From the NCBI GenBank assembly GCA_015272195.1, contig JACYMC010000046.1, forward strand, positions 4,139 to 68,138: a stretch of 64,000 nucleotides of DNA, read 5' to 3'. The translations under genes and the position numbers were made by a program. This DNA comes from Candidatus Sericytochromatia bacterium. Lineage in GTDB: Bacteria > Cyanobacteriota > Sericytochromatia > UBA7694. The notes beneath the pieces were generated by a model that ran no database searches, was not told the DNA's origin, and saw only the letters and a program-made list of their open reading frames with translations. Below are positions 37,062-45,067 of the stretch, piece after piece; within the stretch, counting starts at the first letter, position 1; every line of letters starts with the position of its first letter.

Positions 37062-37632
37062 AGTCCGTCAGGTAAATGTTCTGTACAGCCGCCCGGCTGG
37101 GCAGGTGACGGTTCAGACGGGCAATCAGCTCGGCTTTGAGTTCCTCTTTGCCATTGGCCGTGCTGAGGGTCTGGGGCTGTTTGACCGTCAGGGTGGTGAC
37201 CACAACATCTTTGAAGACGGGCTCCAGACGCTCCAGCTCATGTTTTAAAGCACTGCTCCACTGGCGGCGCTGTTCTTCATTGCCTTCAACAAACTGGGCG
37301 TCCTGGGTCTGAAAATCCAGGCTCATGGAAATACGCAGATAGCGGCGTTCACTGACATCTCCCAGGTTCACAATAAAGGGGCCCAGATCCATCAGTGGGC
37401 CCGTGCTGGCGGGCGCCAGTTCTGAGCTGACCGTCACCGGTGTGCGGCCAGGACCAAGGGTAAAATAAATCAGCGCACCCAGCGCGCCAGCTGCTGAAAG
37501 CAGGGAGATCAGCGTGACAGTGACCAGAAAGCGCTGCGCGCCTGACTTGCTGCTGCTGCTGCTGCCTTTGGAGCTGGGCTGATCTTCTTCTGGGGGGCTT
37601 GGGGTGGGGCGTCCACGCAAACGGGCAACCAT
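37048..37632 (-). CDS. fliL: Flagellar basal-body protein FliL
   Basis: Single TM, FIVNL, and L.T..GKEELK.EL..RLN...V..IY.TDFVIQ. Follows motB. Confidence 0.92.
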   Translation of the reverse strand: MVARLRGRPTPSPPEEDQPSSKGSSSSSKSGAQRFLVTVTLISLLSAAGALGALIYFTLGPGRTPVTVSSELAPASTGPLMDLGPFIVNLGDVSERRYLRISMSLDFQTQDAQFVEGNEEQRRQWSSALKHELERLEPVFKDVVVTTLTVKQPQTLSTANGKEELKAELIARLNRHLPSRAAVQNIYLTDFVIQ

Positions 37633-37633
37633 A

Positions 37634-38452
37634 TCAAAAGCTCCTTTGTTGTAATTTTTGGTTCAATTGCTGATTGAGCGAGGAGCCGCTCTCAGGACTG
37701 ACTGGCTCATTTTCGAGGGCCTGGGGATTCAGAATCACAATATCAACCCGCCGGTTACGGGCCCGGCCCTGTGCTGTGGTGTTGGGGGCAATGGGGCGGT
37801 ACTCGCCATAGCCTGCCACCGACAACTGTTCTGGAGAAAGCCGGGACTGATTCAGAAAAAACTGCAGCACGCTGGTGGCGCGGGCGGCGGATAACTCCCA
37901 GTTGGAGGTATAACCGCCACCGCGCACCGGTACGTTATCCGTGTGCCCTTCAATGCGCAGGGGCTGGTTGAGCTGTTCCAGCTCTTTGACCACCTGTTTG
38001 AGTTCGTTTAGCAGCTCCGGGCGCAGGGTGGCACTGCCGCTGTCAAAAATACCGCTGTCTTTGAGCTGAATCACGACCCCCCGGCTTTCGCGGCGCAGCT
38101 GGACGGCTGCAGCCAGTTTCTGTGTCTGGTTCAGCACTTTTTCGAGGCGGCCCACCAGTTCTCTCTGTGCTGTACCGGCGGGGGTGTCGGGAGCCTGCAC
38201 AGGGGGGACAATCGGCGGAATGGGACGCACCACTTCAGGATGGCCATCCAGAATCTGGGGGCCATGAGGGTGCATCACCCCAAAAGCCTGCTCCATGGAT
38301 TCGCTGACTTCCTGCAGCTTTTTTTCGTCTACTGCTGAGATAGCAAAAAGTACCACAAACAGTGCAAACAGCAGGGTCATAAAGTCGGCAAACGATACCA
38401 TCCAGCGCTCATGATTGATGTGCGTCTGCGGACGTCTGGAGCGCAGACTCAT
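37634..38452 (-). CDS. motB: Flagellar stator protein MotB
   Basis: ERWMVSFADFMTLLFALFVVLFA and OmpA-like domain (IEGHTDN, NWELSAARA, RNRRVDI). Confidence 0.96.
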   Translation of the reverse strand: MSLRSRRPQTHINHERWMVSFADFMTLLFALFVVLFAISAVDEKKLQEVSESMEQAFGVMHPHGPQILDGHPEVVRPIPPIVPPVQAPDTPAGTAQRELVGRLEKVLNQTQKLAAAVQLRRESRGVVIQLKDSGIFDSGSATLRPELLNELKQVVKELEQLNQPLRIEGHTDNVPVRGGGYTSNWELSAARATSVLQFFLNQSRLSPEQLSVAGYGEYRPIAPNTTAQGRARNRRVDIVILNPQALENEPVSPESGSSLNQQLNQKLQQRSF

Positions 38453-39246
38453 GTGCCTTTGGTCTGGCCTTTGCTGGCTTCGTAGGCTTTGCGTTCGTCA
38501 CCCGATAAAAAGGCTTTGAGGCGCTCTTCAAGAATGCGGGGGTTGTCACCCGCCTGAATCGAGAGAATGCCTTCCAGAATCAGCTCCCGGATGGCCAGCT
38601 CTTCCTCGCTGCGCAGGCGCAGTTTGGCGGCCATCGGGAACAAGATAAAATTGGCCAGTACCAGGCCGTAAATGGTGGCCACAAAGGCGACCGCAATGCC
38701 CGGACCAATGCGCTCAATGCCTTCACTGAGATGTTCCATAACGGCAATCAGGCCCAGGACCGCACCAATAATGCCGACCGTGGGAGCATAACCGGCGCCG
38801 GCTTCGTACATTTTGGCCACGCGGTCGTGACGCATCATCTGGCGCTCCAGTTGCACGCTCAAAATGGTTTTGACAATATCCGGATCCGTACCGTCCGCCA
38901 CCAGCTGCAGACCTTGCTTTAAAAAAGCATCCTGGGCCTCAGGCACTTCCCGTTCCAGTGAGAGCAGGCCTTCGCGCCGGGCTTTTTCGGCGAAGCGCAC
39001 CAATTGGGGAATCAGATCGGCGGCATTGATCTCAGGCTGGCGCAGCACTTTGCGGAAGTGGGCCGGGAAATTCAGAATATCAACACTGCGGGCGCCAAAG
39101 ACCATGGCGCCCAGCGTGCCGGCAAACACAATGATGAAGGCGGTGTGCTGCAGCAAAAACAGCGGGTTGCCGCCTTCTAAAATGCGCCCACCGACAATGC
39201 CAACAAACAGGCCAATAAATAGTCCGATTGGTACGGTTAAATCCAT
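38449..39246 (-). CDS. motA: Flagellar stator protein MotA
   Basis: ARREGLLSLE, APTVGIIGAVLGLI, AVAFVATIYG and GDNPRIL motifs. Confidence 0.96.
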   Translation of the reverse strand: MDLTVPIGLFIGLFVGIVGGRILEGGNPLFLLQHTAFIIVFAGTLGAMVFGARSVDILNFPAHFRKVLRQPEINAADLIPQLVRFAEKARREGLLSLEREVPEAQDAFLKQGLQLVADGTDPDIVKTILSVQLERQMMRHDRVAKMYEAGAGYAPTVGIIGAVLGLIAVMEHLSEGIERIGPGIAVAFVATIYGLVLANFILFPMAAKLRLRSEEELAIRELILEGILSIQAGDNPRILEERLKAFLSGDERKAYEASKGQTKGT

Positions 39247-39266
39247 ATAAAATCATTACCCAGCCT

Positions 39267-39275
39267 ATTGTAACA
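39267..39275 (-). promoter_or_regulatory. Internal extended -10 element upstream of motA
   Basis: Minus strand TGtTACAAT in the flbD-motA gap. Confidence 0.4.
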
Positions 39276-39280
39276 TACCC

Positions 39281-39493
39281 TTAAGAAAGCGCCTCTGCCT
39301 GTACAATGGGTGCACCGTAGATTTGCCGCTTAAAAGCAATCACGCGGGCAATCACTTCGTCCGGGCTTTCGGTGACATGCAGTTTGTCGCCTGTGGAAAG
39401 GGTCAGCAGCGTATCGGGCGTGGACTCGATCAATTTGATCAAGTCCACGTTGACAATCATTTCTTCACCTTTCAGGCGGGTCAGACGAATCAT
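39281..39493 (-). CDS. flbD: Flagellar FlbD family protein
   Basis: MIRLTRL.G....VN.DLI..IE.TPDT..TL..G....V.ES..EV. Confidence 0.92.
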   Translation of the reverse strand: MIRLTRLKGEEMIVNVDLIKLIESTPDTLLTLSTGDKLHVTESPDEVIARVIAFKRQIYGAPIVQAEALS

Positions 39494-39504
39494 GGCTTAG
39501 CGCC

Positions 39505-41733
39505 TTATCGCCGCAGTGAGAGCACTTCCTGCAGCATTTCGTCTGCAGTGGTGATCGTACGTGAATTGGCCTGGAAGGCCCGCTGGGTGACGATCATATC
39601 GGTGAACTGCTCGGCCAGATCCACATTGGAGCTTTCGAGCACGCCGCCAATAATGGCGCCATTGCCGTTGGCCTGGGCCACGCCAATGCGTGGGTCACCT
39701 GAGTTGGCCGAGGCCTGATAGACGTTGCCGCCGCCGGCTGTGCTGATATTGCCTCTGACCAGTCCGCCTTCATTGGCAAAACTTGCAATGGCCACCTGGG
39801 CCATGGTCAGGGTTTTGCCGTTGGTGAATACGCCGCGCACCTTGCCATCAGGTGTAAAGCCAAATGAGACCATTTCACCGGCAGCATAGCCATCCTGATT
39901 GGCCACCGAAATACTGCGGGTGCCTGCAAACTGCGTCAGGCCATCAGTATCACTGAGTGTGCCAACATCCACGGTCATGGGCTGCGGGTGGTTGATATTC
40001 GGGCTGAGATTGGTGTTAAAGGCAAAGATCGAGGTGGATGTGACGGCGTCTGAGTTCAGAAAGTTGAGGGTAAAGCGGCCGGTGAAGTTTTCCAGTAGGC
40101 CCTGGTCGCTGAAACCCACGCTGCGCAGCGGGATGCCGGTCTGATCACCCGCATTGACCGGTGAACTCAGACCGCTCAGCACGGCCACATCCGGGTTGTC
40201 TGATGTGGCGGCCCAGTTCCAGATGCCGTTGTCACGGGTGCCGCGAATCACGCTGGTTCCCCCCACGGTTTCGACCACCACGTCATAATCTGAGACAAAC
40301 TCCAGCCCGACGGTATGGGTGTCGCCCAGAGAATCAAAAACACTGGATGTGGTGCCTGCTACAACCGTGGCGTTTTTGGCGGCATTCATGCTGGTGGAGA
40401 GACCCGATACATTCAGGGCTGTGACGTCACCTGCCAGAATACCAAAGGTATCTGAGCCTGGTGCACCGTCAGAGACGGTGCGGCCGGTCAGAATAATATC
40501 GCGGGCGGTAGCCTGCAGCGATATGTTGCCGTTGCCATCACTGCTGGCGCGGACACCGCTGAGGTCGGTTTTGGCGTTGATCAGACCAATGATCAGCTGG
40601 GCGTTCTGTTCGGCTGTATTGCTGGCCGGGGTGGCCGCCAGGGGGCCAATATCAATGCCGTTAATCAGGATATCGCCGGAAACCAGGCTGATGCTGCCGG
40701 CGGTCGTCTGTGAAGCCGCCACGCCGGCATTGGGTGAGAACGTTTCAATGCTGGTATCAAGGGTCTGGTTGTTGAGGCCCGGGAAGACCTGCTCACCATT
40801 CAGCAGAATATCCTGAACGGCACTGCCACCAAGGGTAATCTGCTGATCAGACCCTGCCCTTACGCTGGTCAGCGAGAGCTGGGCCACGGGGTTGCCGTTT
40901 AAAGACGTTGACTTAACGGTGGCGATCACACCGGTGGCCTGCTGATGAAAGTTGATCAGATCTGCCAGCTTTTGCATCACGGTTTCGGTGGTTTCGCCGG
41001 TGGTAAGATCCAGGGGCAATTCACCCAGAATACTGATATTGTTAATGACCAGCTCACCGGCATCCAGGCTGTCGTTGTTCAGAGTGCCCAGCTGCAGACC
41101 GCCGGCGGCGTTGCCATAGGCAGTGATGTTCTGGGCGGCGGTGATGCCGTTCTGACGGGCATGAACATGCGCTTCGTCAGCGTTCATGCGCGGTGGGCGG
41201 TAGAGGTTGCCCACCAGATCGACCCGCGAGGAGGCCTGGGGCGGAATGGTTTTGTTGGCGTCAATATACAGGCTTGAAGTGCTGCCATTGGTATTGACAA
41301 CTCCACGGCCATCAGCCTGCCAGCCTTGTACATACAGGCCGGTGTTGGTGGTCAGAATGCCGTTGCCGTCGAGGGCCAGATTGCCGTCGCGGGTAAACAG
41401 CTGTGCGCCATTTTCATCGTTCAGCATCAGGAAGCCGCCACCCTGAATAGCAATATCGGTGTTTTTGCCGGTGGCCGTCAGGTTGCCCTGGGTGTGAATG
41501 GTGTCAATCGAGGAGACTTTGGTGCCCATGCCCACCTGCATCGGGTTGATACCCCCACGGTTGCCAAGCGGTTCCTGGGCCATCTGCAGGGTCTGGGCAA
41601 ACATTTCCTCAAAAGTGGCCCGGCTGGCCTTATAGGCGGTGGTGTTGACGTTGGCAATATTGTTGCCGATTACCTCCATACGCAGCTGGTTGGCCTGCAG
41701 GCCAGAAACGGCCGTATTAAACGCTTGATACAT
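39505..41733 (-). CDS. flgE: Flagellar hook protein FlgE with large central insertion
   Basis: N-terminal SGL.AN...M.VIGNNIANVNT.AYK, TRDG, and C-terminal LESSNVDLAEQFTDMIVTQRAFQANSR. 742 aa. Confidence 0.95.
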   Translation of the reverse strand: MYQAFNTAVSGLQANQLRMEVIGNNIANVNTTAYKASRATFEEMFAQTLQMAQEPLGNRGGINPMQVGMGTKVSSIDTIHTQGNLTATGKNTDIAIQGGGFLMLNDENGAQLFTRDGNLALDGNGILTTNTGLYVQGWQADGRGVVNTNGSTSSLYIDANKTIPPQASSRVDLVGNLYRPPRMNADEAHVHARQNGITAAQNITAYGNAAGGLQLGTLNNDSLDAGELVINNISILGELPLDLTTGETTETVMQKLADLINFHQQATGVIATVKSTSLNGNPVAQLSLTSVRAGSDQQITLGGSAVQDILLNGEQVFPGLNNQTLDTSIETFSPNAGVAASQTTAGSISLVSGDILINGIDIGPLAATPASNTAEQNAQLIIGLINAKTDLSGVRASSDGNGNISLQATARDIILTGRTVSDGAPGSDTFGILAGDVTALNVSGLSTSMNAAKNATVVAGTTSSVFDSLGDTHTVGLEFVSDYDVVVETVGGTSVIRGTRDNGIWNWAATSDNPDVAVLSGLSSPVNAGDQTGIPLRSVGFSDQGLLENFTGRFTLNFLNSDAVTSTSIFAFNTNLSPNINHPQPMTVDVGTLSDTDGLTQFAGTRSISVANQDGYAAGEMVSFGFTPDGKVRGVFTNGKTLTMAQVAIASFANEGGLVRGNISTAGGGNVYQASANSGDPRIGVAQANGNGAIIGGVLESSNVDLAEQFTDMIVTQRAFQANSRTITTADEMLQEVLSLRR

Positions 41734-42170
41734 TATTCTTCTCCTCCTGGTTCTCTGACAGACGTAATATCTTTGAAACTGATTTTTTCACCGTTCACCA
41801 CCAGTTTGATTTCCCCGTCATCCAGGCTGGTTTCTTCGACAATGCCGGTAAACGTGCTGCCTTCTTGATCGCCTTCCCCGGGCAAAATGGCTTCAACCTC
41901 TTTGCCGATCAGGGCCGCCCCCTGGGTTAACTGCTGAAAGCCCAGCAGGTTTTCCATGGCCACGCCCATATTGGTGGTTTGCTCCAGGCTGCTGAACTGA
42001 GCCAGCTGGGCAATAAACTCGCGGTCTTCCTGCACATTGAGGGGATCCTGATTGCGCAGCTGTGTCATCAGCAGGTTTAAAAAGTCCTGTTTGCCCAGCT
42101 CCTGTGAAGGGGCCTGGCTTTTGTCTTGTAAGGGCTGCTGGGTATAGAGCAGCGGATCAATGATTTGCAT
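41733..42170 (-). CDS. flgD: Flagellar hook-capping protein FlgD
   Basis: LGKQDFLNLLMTQLRNQDPL...EFIAQLAQFSSLEQ. Confidence 0.96.
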   Translation of the reverse strand: MQIIDPLLYTQQPLQDKSQAPSQELGKQDFLNLLMTQLRNQDPLNVQEDREFIAQLAQFSSLEQTTNMGVAMENLLGFQQLTQGAALIGKEVEAILPGEGDQEGSTFTGIVEETSLDDGEIKLVVNGEKISFKDITSVREPGGEE

Positions 42171-42178
42171 ATCAACCT

Positions 42179-43678
42179 CTAAACAATAAAGTGAATCAGA
42201 GAAATATCAGGCAGGCTTTTGCCCACCTCAGCCAGCAGCCCTGGCAGGCCGCCCGCATCCAGCTCAAAAACCGGCTGCCCGCGGCTGTGTGGCAGGCCCT
42301 GGTGCCAGTGGGTTTCGGGGTCTTTGTCGGCCTCGTTGTCTTGGTCCTCAAAAGTGGTGCTGCCCTGCCCGATACGCAAAGAAGCAATGACCAGTCCCAG
42401 CTCGCTTAGCTGCTGGCGCAGCAGGCCAGCCTGTGCTTCGAGCAGCTCACGGGTCAGCAGGTAGTCGGCAACAATCTGAATCTGCAGCCCTTCCTGGCCC
42501 CGCTGGACCTGCAGCGTCATTTTTCCGAGCCAGGCTGGCTCCAGCTGAACCCAAAGGCTTTGCTGACTCTGCTGCAGAACGGCTTTCAGACTGTGCAGCC
42601 CCAGCTGGCGCTGCAGGGCGCTGCCCAGCGTGGGCTGGGTCAGGGCCGCAAAAATCGCCTGCTTTCCGGGGCTTTTGCCAGTGCTGCGCTCAGGATGATG
42701 GAACAGATGGGGCTCAAAAGCACGTGGCATCAGGGGCATTTCAAACAGGCTCTGCAGTGTGGCGGGCAGGCTGTCGGTGAACAGAACCGGTTGTGCTTCG
42801 GTCTGGAGGGCAGCAAAAATCACAGGCGCCGTCATGCCGGCTGAATGGGACGTCAGCCAGACTGATTGAGAGGGATCCAGCGGTCCCAGGGATACAGGCC
42901 AGCCGCTGAGCGGCAGGGGCTGGCTGAAGTTCAGATCTGATGTGCTGAAGCTGTGGGCCGGAGCTGCAAACACAAAGGCGGGTGTTTCCACATGCGTCGT
43001 GGCAGTATGCTGGTGCTGCTCGCTGGCGGGTATCTCAGGTGGCTGGTCAGCGGGTGGCGCAGGCTTGGCCACAGGCTCAGGGACAGCGCGCTGAAAAGTC
43101 ACAGTGGGCTGTTGTTTTGTAAGCACTGGTGTTTTTGCCGCCTCCGCGGCCACCATGTCTGTGGCTTCAGCGGTATTGGACTTAGGCTCTGTGTTGCCGG
43201 TTTGCTGAGCCCAGTGCCAGGTTTCCCAGACCCAGATTTTTGGGGTTGGGTTTTGCGCCGGTGCTGTTTGCGCAGGGGCTGTACTTGCTGACGCGGGCTG
43301 AGGCTGTTCAGCTGTTGGGACTGGAATGTGTGGGTGCATGCTCTGTTGCGGCAGGTTCTGTTGCGGAGGCGCTTCAGCAGGTGCGCTTTGAGGCGCTGGG
43401 GCCATCTCCAGCGTGGCTGCAGTCGCCACGGCTGCACTGACTTCAGTGCCGATGTCCTCTGGGCTGACTCCGGCCGTTGAGAGCTTATTTTCTGCTGATA
43501 CGGTCTCTGTCACCGTGAGCGATGGTGTCTGCTCCAGTTTGCTTTCGGACTGGCGGGCACGTATTTCAGCCGGAATCTGCTGCGCAAAAAACAGGGCAAA
43601 ATCAGCTGCCGGGGGTGTTGCCGGATGCGAAAGTGCTGGCGCCGCAGGCGTGGCGCTGATGCCCGAAAATGCAAACAC
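42179..43678 (-). CDS. fliK: Flagellar hook-length control protein FliK
   Basis: Pro/Ala/Gln/Thr-rich N-terminus and C-terminal QLEP..LG......(L)RQQL..LG domain. The start is placed at GTG 43678 (GAGGT SD); the ORF-track TTG at 43801 lies upstream of the sigma28-like promoter. Confidence 0.85.
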   Translation of the reverse strand: MFAFSGISATPAAPALSHPATPPAADFALFFAQQIPAEIRARQSESKLEQTPSLTVTETVSAENKLSTAGVSPEDIGTEVSAAVATAATLEMAPAPQSAPAEAPPQQNLPQQSMHPHIPVPTAEQPQPASASTAPAQTAPAQNPTPKIWVWETWHWAQQTGNTEPKSNTAEATDMVAAEAAKTPVLTKQQPTVTFQRAVPEPVAKPAPPADQPPEIPASEQHQHTATTHVETPAFVFAAPAHSFSTSDLNFSQPLPLSGWPVSLGPLDPSQSVWLTSHSAGMTAPVIFAALQTEAQPVLFTDSLPATLQSLFEMPLMPRAFEPHLFHHPERSTGKSPGKQAIFAALTQPTLGSALQRQLGLHSLKAVLQQSQQSLWVQLEPAWLGKMTLQVQRGQEGLQIQIVADYLLTRELLEAQAGLLRQQLSELGLVIASLRIGQGSTTFEDQDNEADKDPETHWHQGLPHSRGQPVFELDAGGLPGLLAEVGKSLPDISLIHFIV

Positions 43679-43731
43679 GTTCTGTGATACCTCAATCAGC
43701 GCGAGGGCGCTGTCATTCTTACTGACTTTGC

Positions 43732-43758
43732 CTATCGGCAGCCTGGAGGAAGGACTTA
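43732..43758 (-). promoter_or_regulatory. sigma28 (FliA/SigD)-type promoter of the fliK-flgD-flgE block
   Basis: Minus strand TAAG, N15, GCCGATAG versus the consensus TAAA-N15-GCCGATAA. Confidence 0.65.
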
Positions 43759-43805
43759 AATTTTTTATTGCTCGGCTTTCAGTTGGCTTAACAGTGATCA
43801 AAACG

Positions 43806-43814
43806 TGTTAAAAT
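43806..43814 (+). promoter_or_regulatory. Extended -10 element upstream of atpB
   Basis: TGtTAAAAT at 43806-14. AAGGAG SD at 43842-47. Confidence 0.45.
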
Positions 43815-43854
43815 GCCTGAGATAAAGTTCTGAACACTTAAAAGGAGAACGGTT

Positions 43855-44919
43855 GTGCAGCTTGCATACGCCCAAACGCAACACGGCAGTCTTGACACTC
43901 ATTCCAACACTGTCACAACCTCCACTTCAGAGCACGGCCACGAAACAGATCACAGTGCCGATATAAAGCATACCGGCCACAACGATAGCCACAACACGGC
44001 AGTGCAAAATGCAGATACCCATGGTGACGCTCACGGTGATACCCATGGCGACAATCATGGTGATACTCATGGTGAAAACCACGGCAATGTCCAGAGCAAC
44101 ACGGACAGTGATGCACATGGCACGACCCATGGCGATGGTCACGGTGATGCATATGGCAACACCCACGGTGACAGTCACGGCGATGGCCACGGTGACGATC
44201 ACGCGGGTTATCATGCACCGGCACCCTTTGTGGTAGACGTTGGTCCCGGTACGGTTCACCTCAACACCCTGATCATGACCTATCTGGTGATGGCAGTTCT
44301 GGTGCTGGTGACTGTTTCTGCAACCCGCAAACTGAAGCGGAAACCCGGAAAATCTCAGGTTTTCTTTGAAAGTCTGGTTGACCTGGCTCACGCCATTGTT
44401 AAAACCCAGACCCACCACAACAGCTACAAGTATGTGCCCTTGATTGGCACCATTTTTCTGTTTATCCTGGTCAGTAACTGGATGGGTTTGTTCCCCCTGC
44501 GCATTGTGGAGCTTTTTGGCACGCCCAAAGGCTTTGAGCTTGCTGCACCCACCAATGACCTCAATACCAACGGCGCGATCGCGATTATTGCGGTTGCCAG
44601 CTATTGGTTCTTTGGTATTCAGAAAAAAGGCCTGGCCCACTTTAAGCATTATTTTCAGCCCATGCCGTTTATGTTCCCGCTGAACGTGATGGAAGACATT
44701 TCCCGGCCCCTGTCGCTCTCGTTCCGTCTGTTCGGTAACATTCTGGGTGGCGAAATCGTGCTGGGGATTCTGATTTTCCTGACGGCCCCGCTGATCATTA
44801 CCAGCGTGGTGGTCCTGCCTATTATGGTGCTGAAGGTGCTGGTCGGCTTTATTCAGGCCTACATCTTCTCCATGTTGACCATGTCATATATTGGGGCCAT
44901 GGTCGCTGATCATCACTGA
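43855..44919 (+). CDS. atpB: F0F1 ATP synthase subunit a with long His-rich N-terminal extension, outside an atp operon
   Basis: Q..FE.L, PLIGTIFLFILVSNW.G, PTNDLNT, SRPLSLSFRLFGNILGGE (essential Arg) and IQAYIF..L motifs. GTG start with AAGGAG SD. Confidence 0.93.
   Translation: MQLAYAQTQHGSLDTHSNTVTTSTSEHGHETDHSADIKHTGHNDSHNTAVQNADTHGDAHGDTHGDNHGDTHGENHGNVQSNTDSDAHGTTHGDGHGDAYGNTHGDSHGDGHGDDHAGYHAPAPFVVDVGPGTVHLNTLIMTYLVMAVLVLVTVSATRKLKRKPGKSQVFFESLVDLAHAIVKTQTHHNSYKYVPLIGTIFLFILVSNWMGLFPLRIVELFGTPKGFELAAPTNDLNTNGAIAIIAVASYWFFGIQKKGLAHFKHYFQPMPFMFPLNVMEDISRPLSLSFRLFGNILGGEIVLGILIFLTAPLIITSVVVLPIMVLKVLVGFIQAYIFSMLTMSYIGAMVADHH
44017..44202 (+). repeat. Degenerate 12-bp tandem repeats encoding x-H-G-(D/E/N/T)
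   Basis: THGD AHGD THGD NHGD THGE NHGN ... AHGT THGD GHGD AYGN THGD SHGD GHGD. Synonymous variation between units. Confidence 0.9.
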
Positions 44920-44939
44920 TTTCAGCCTCTGAACCCCGG

Positions 44940-44974
44940 AGCCCCTGTACAGTCACGCTGTGCAGGGGCTTTTG
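44940..44974 (+). terminator. Terminator after atpB
   Basis: 13-bp stem AGCCCCTGTACAG/CTGTGCAGGGGCT (one G-U), 5-nt loop, short T-tract. Confidence 0.75.
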
Positions 44975-45067
44975 TATGCCGCCCGGACGCCTGGTCAGTC
45001 ATAAACAGTCCACAGCCGGACTGCCAGCCGGTATAATACCCAACAAAGAAACAAGGGAGCCCACCTG

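Noticed and set aside
44017-44202. Repeat array considered as CRISPR or a non-coding repeat
   Set aside because: The units are 12 bp, in frame, synonymously variable and without spacers, so this is a coding peptide repeat. No cas genes are present in the window.
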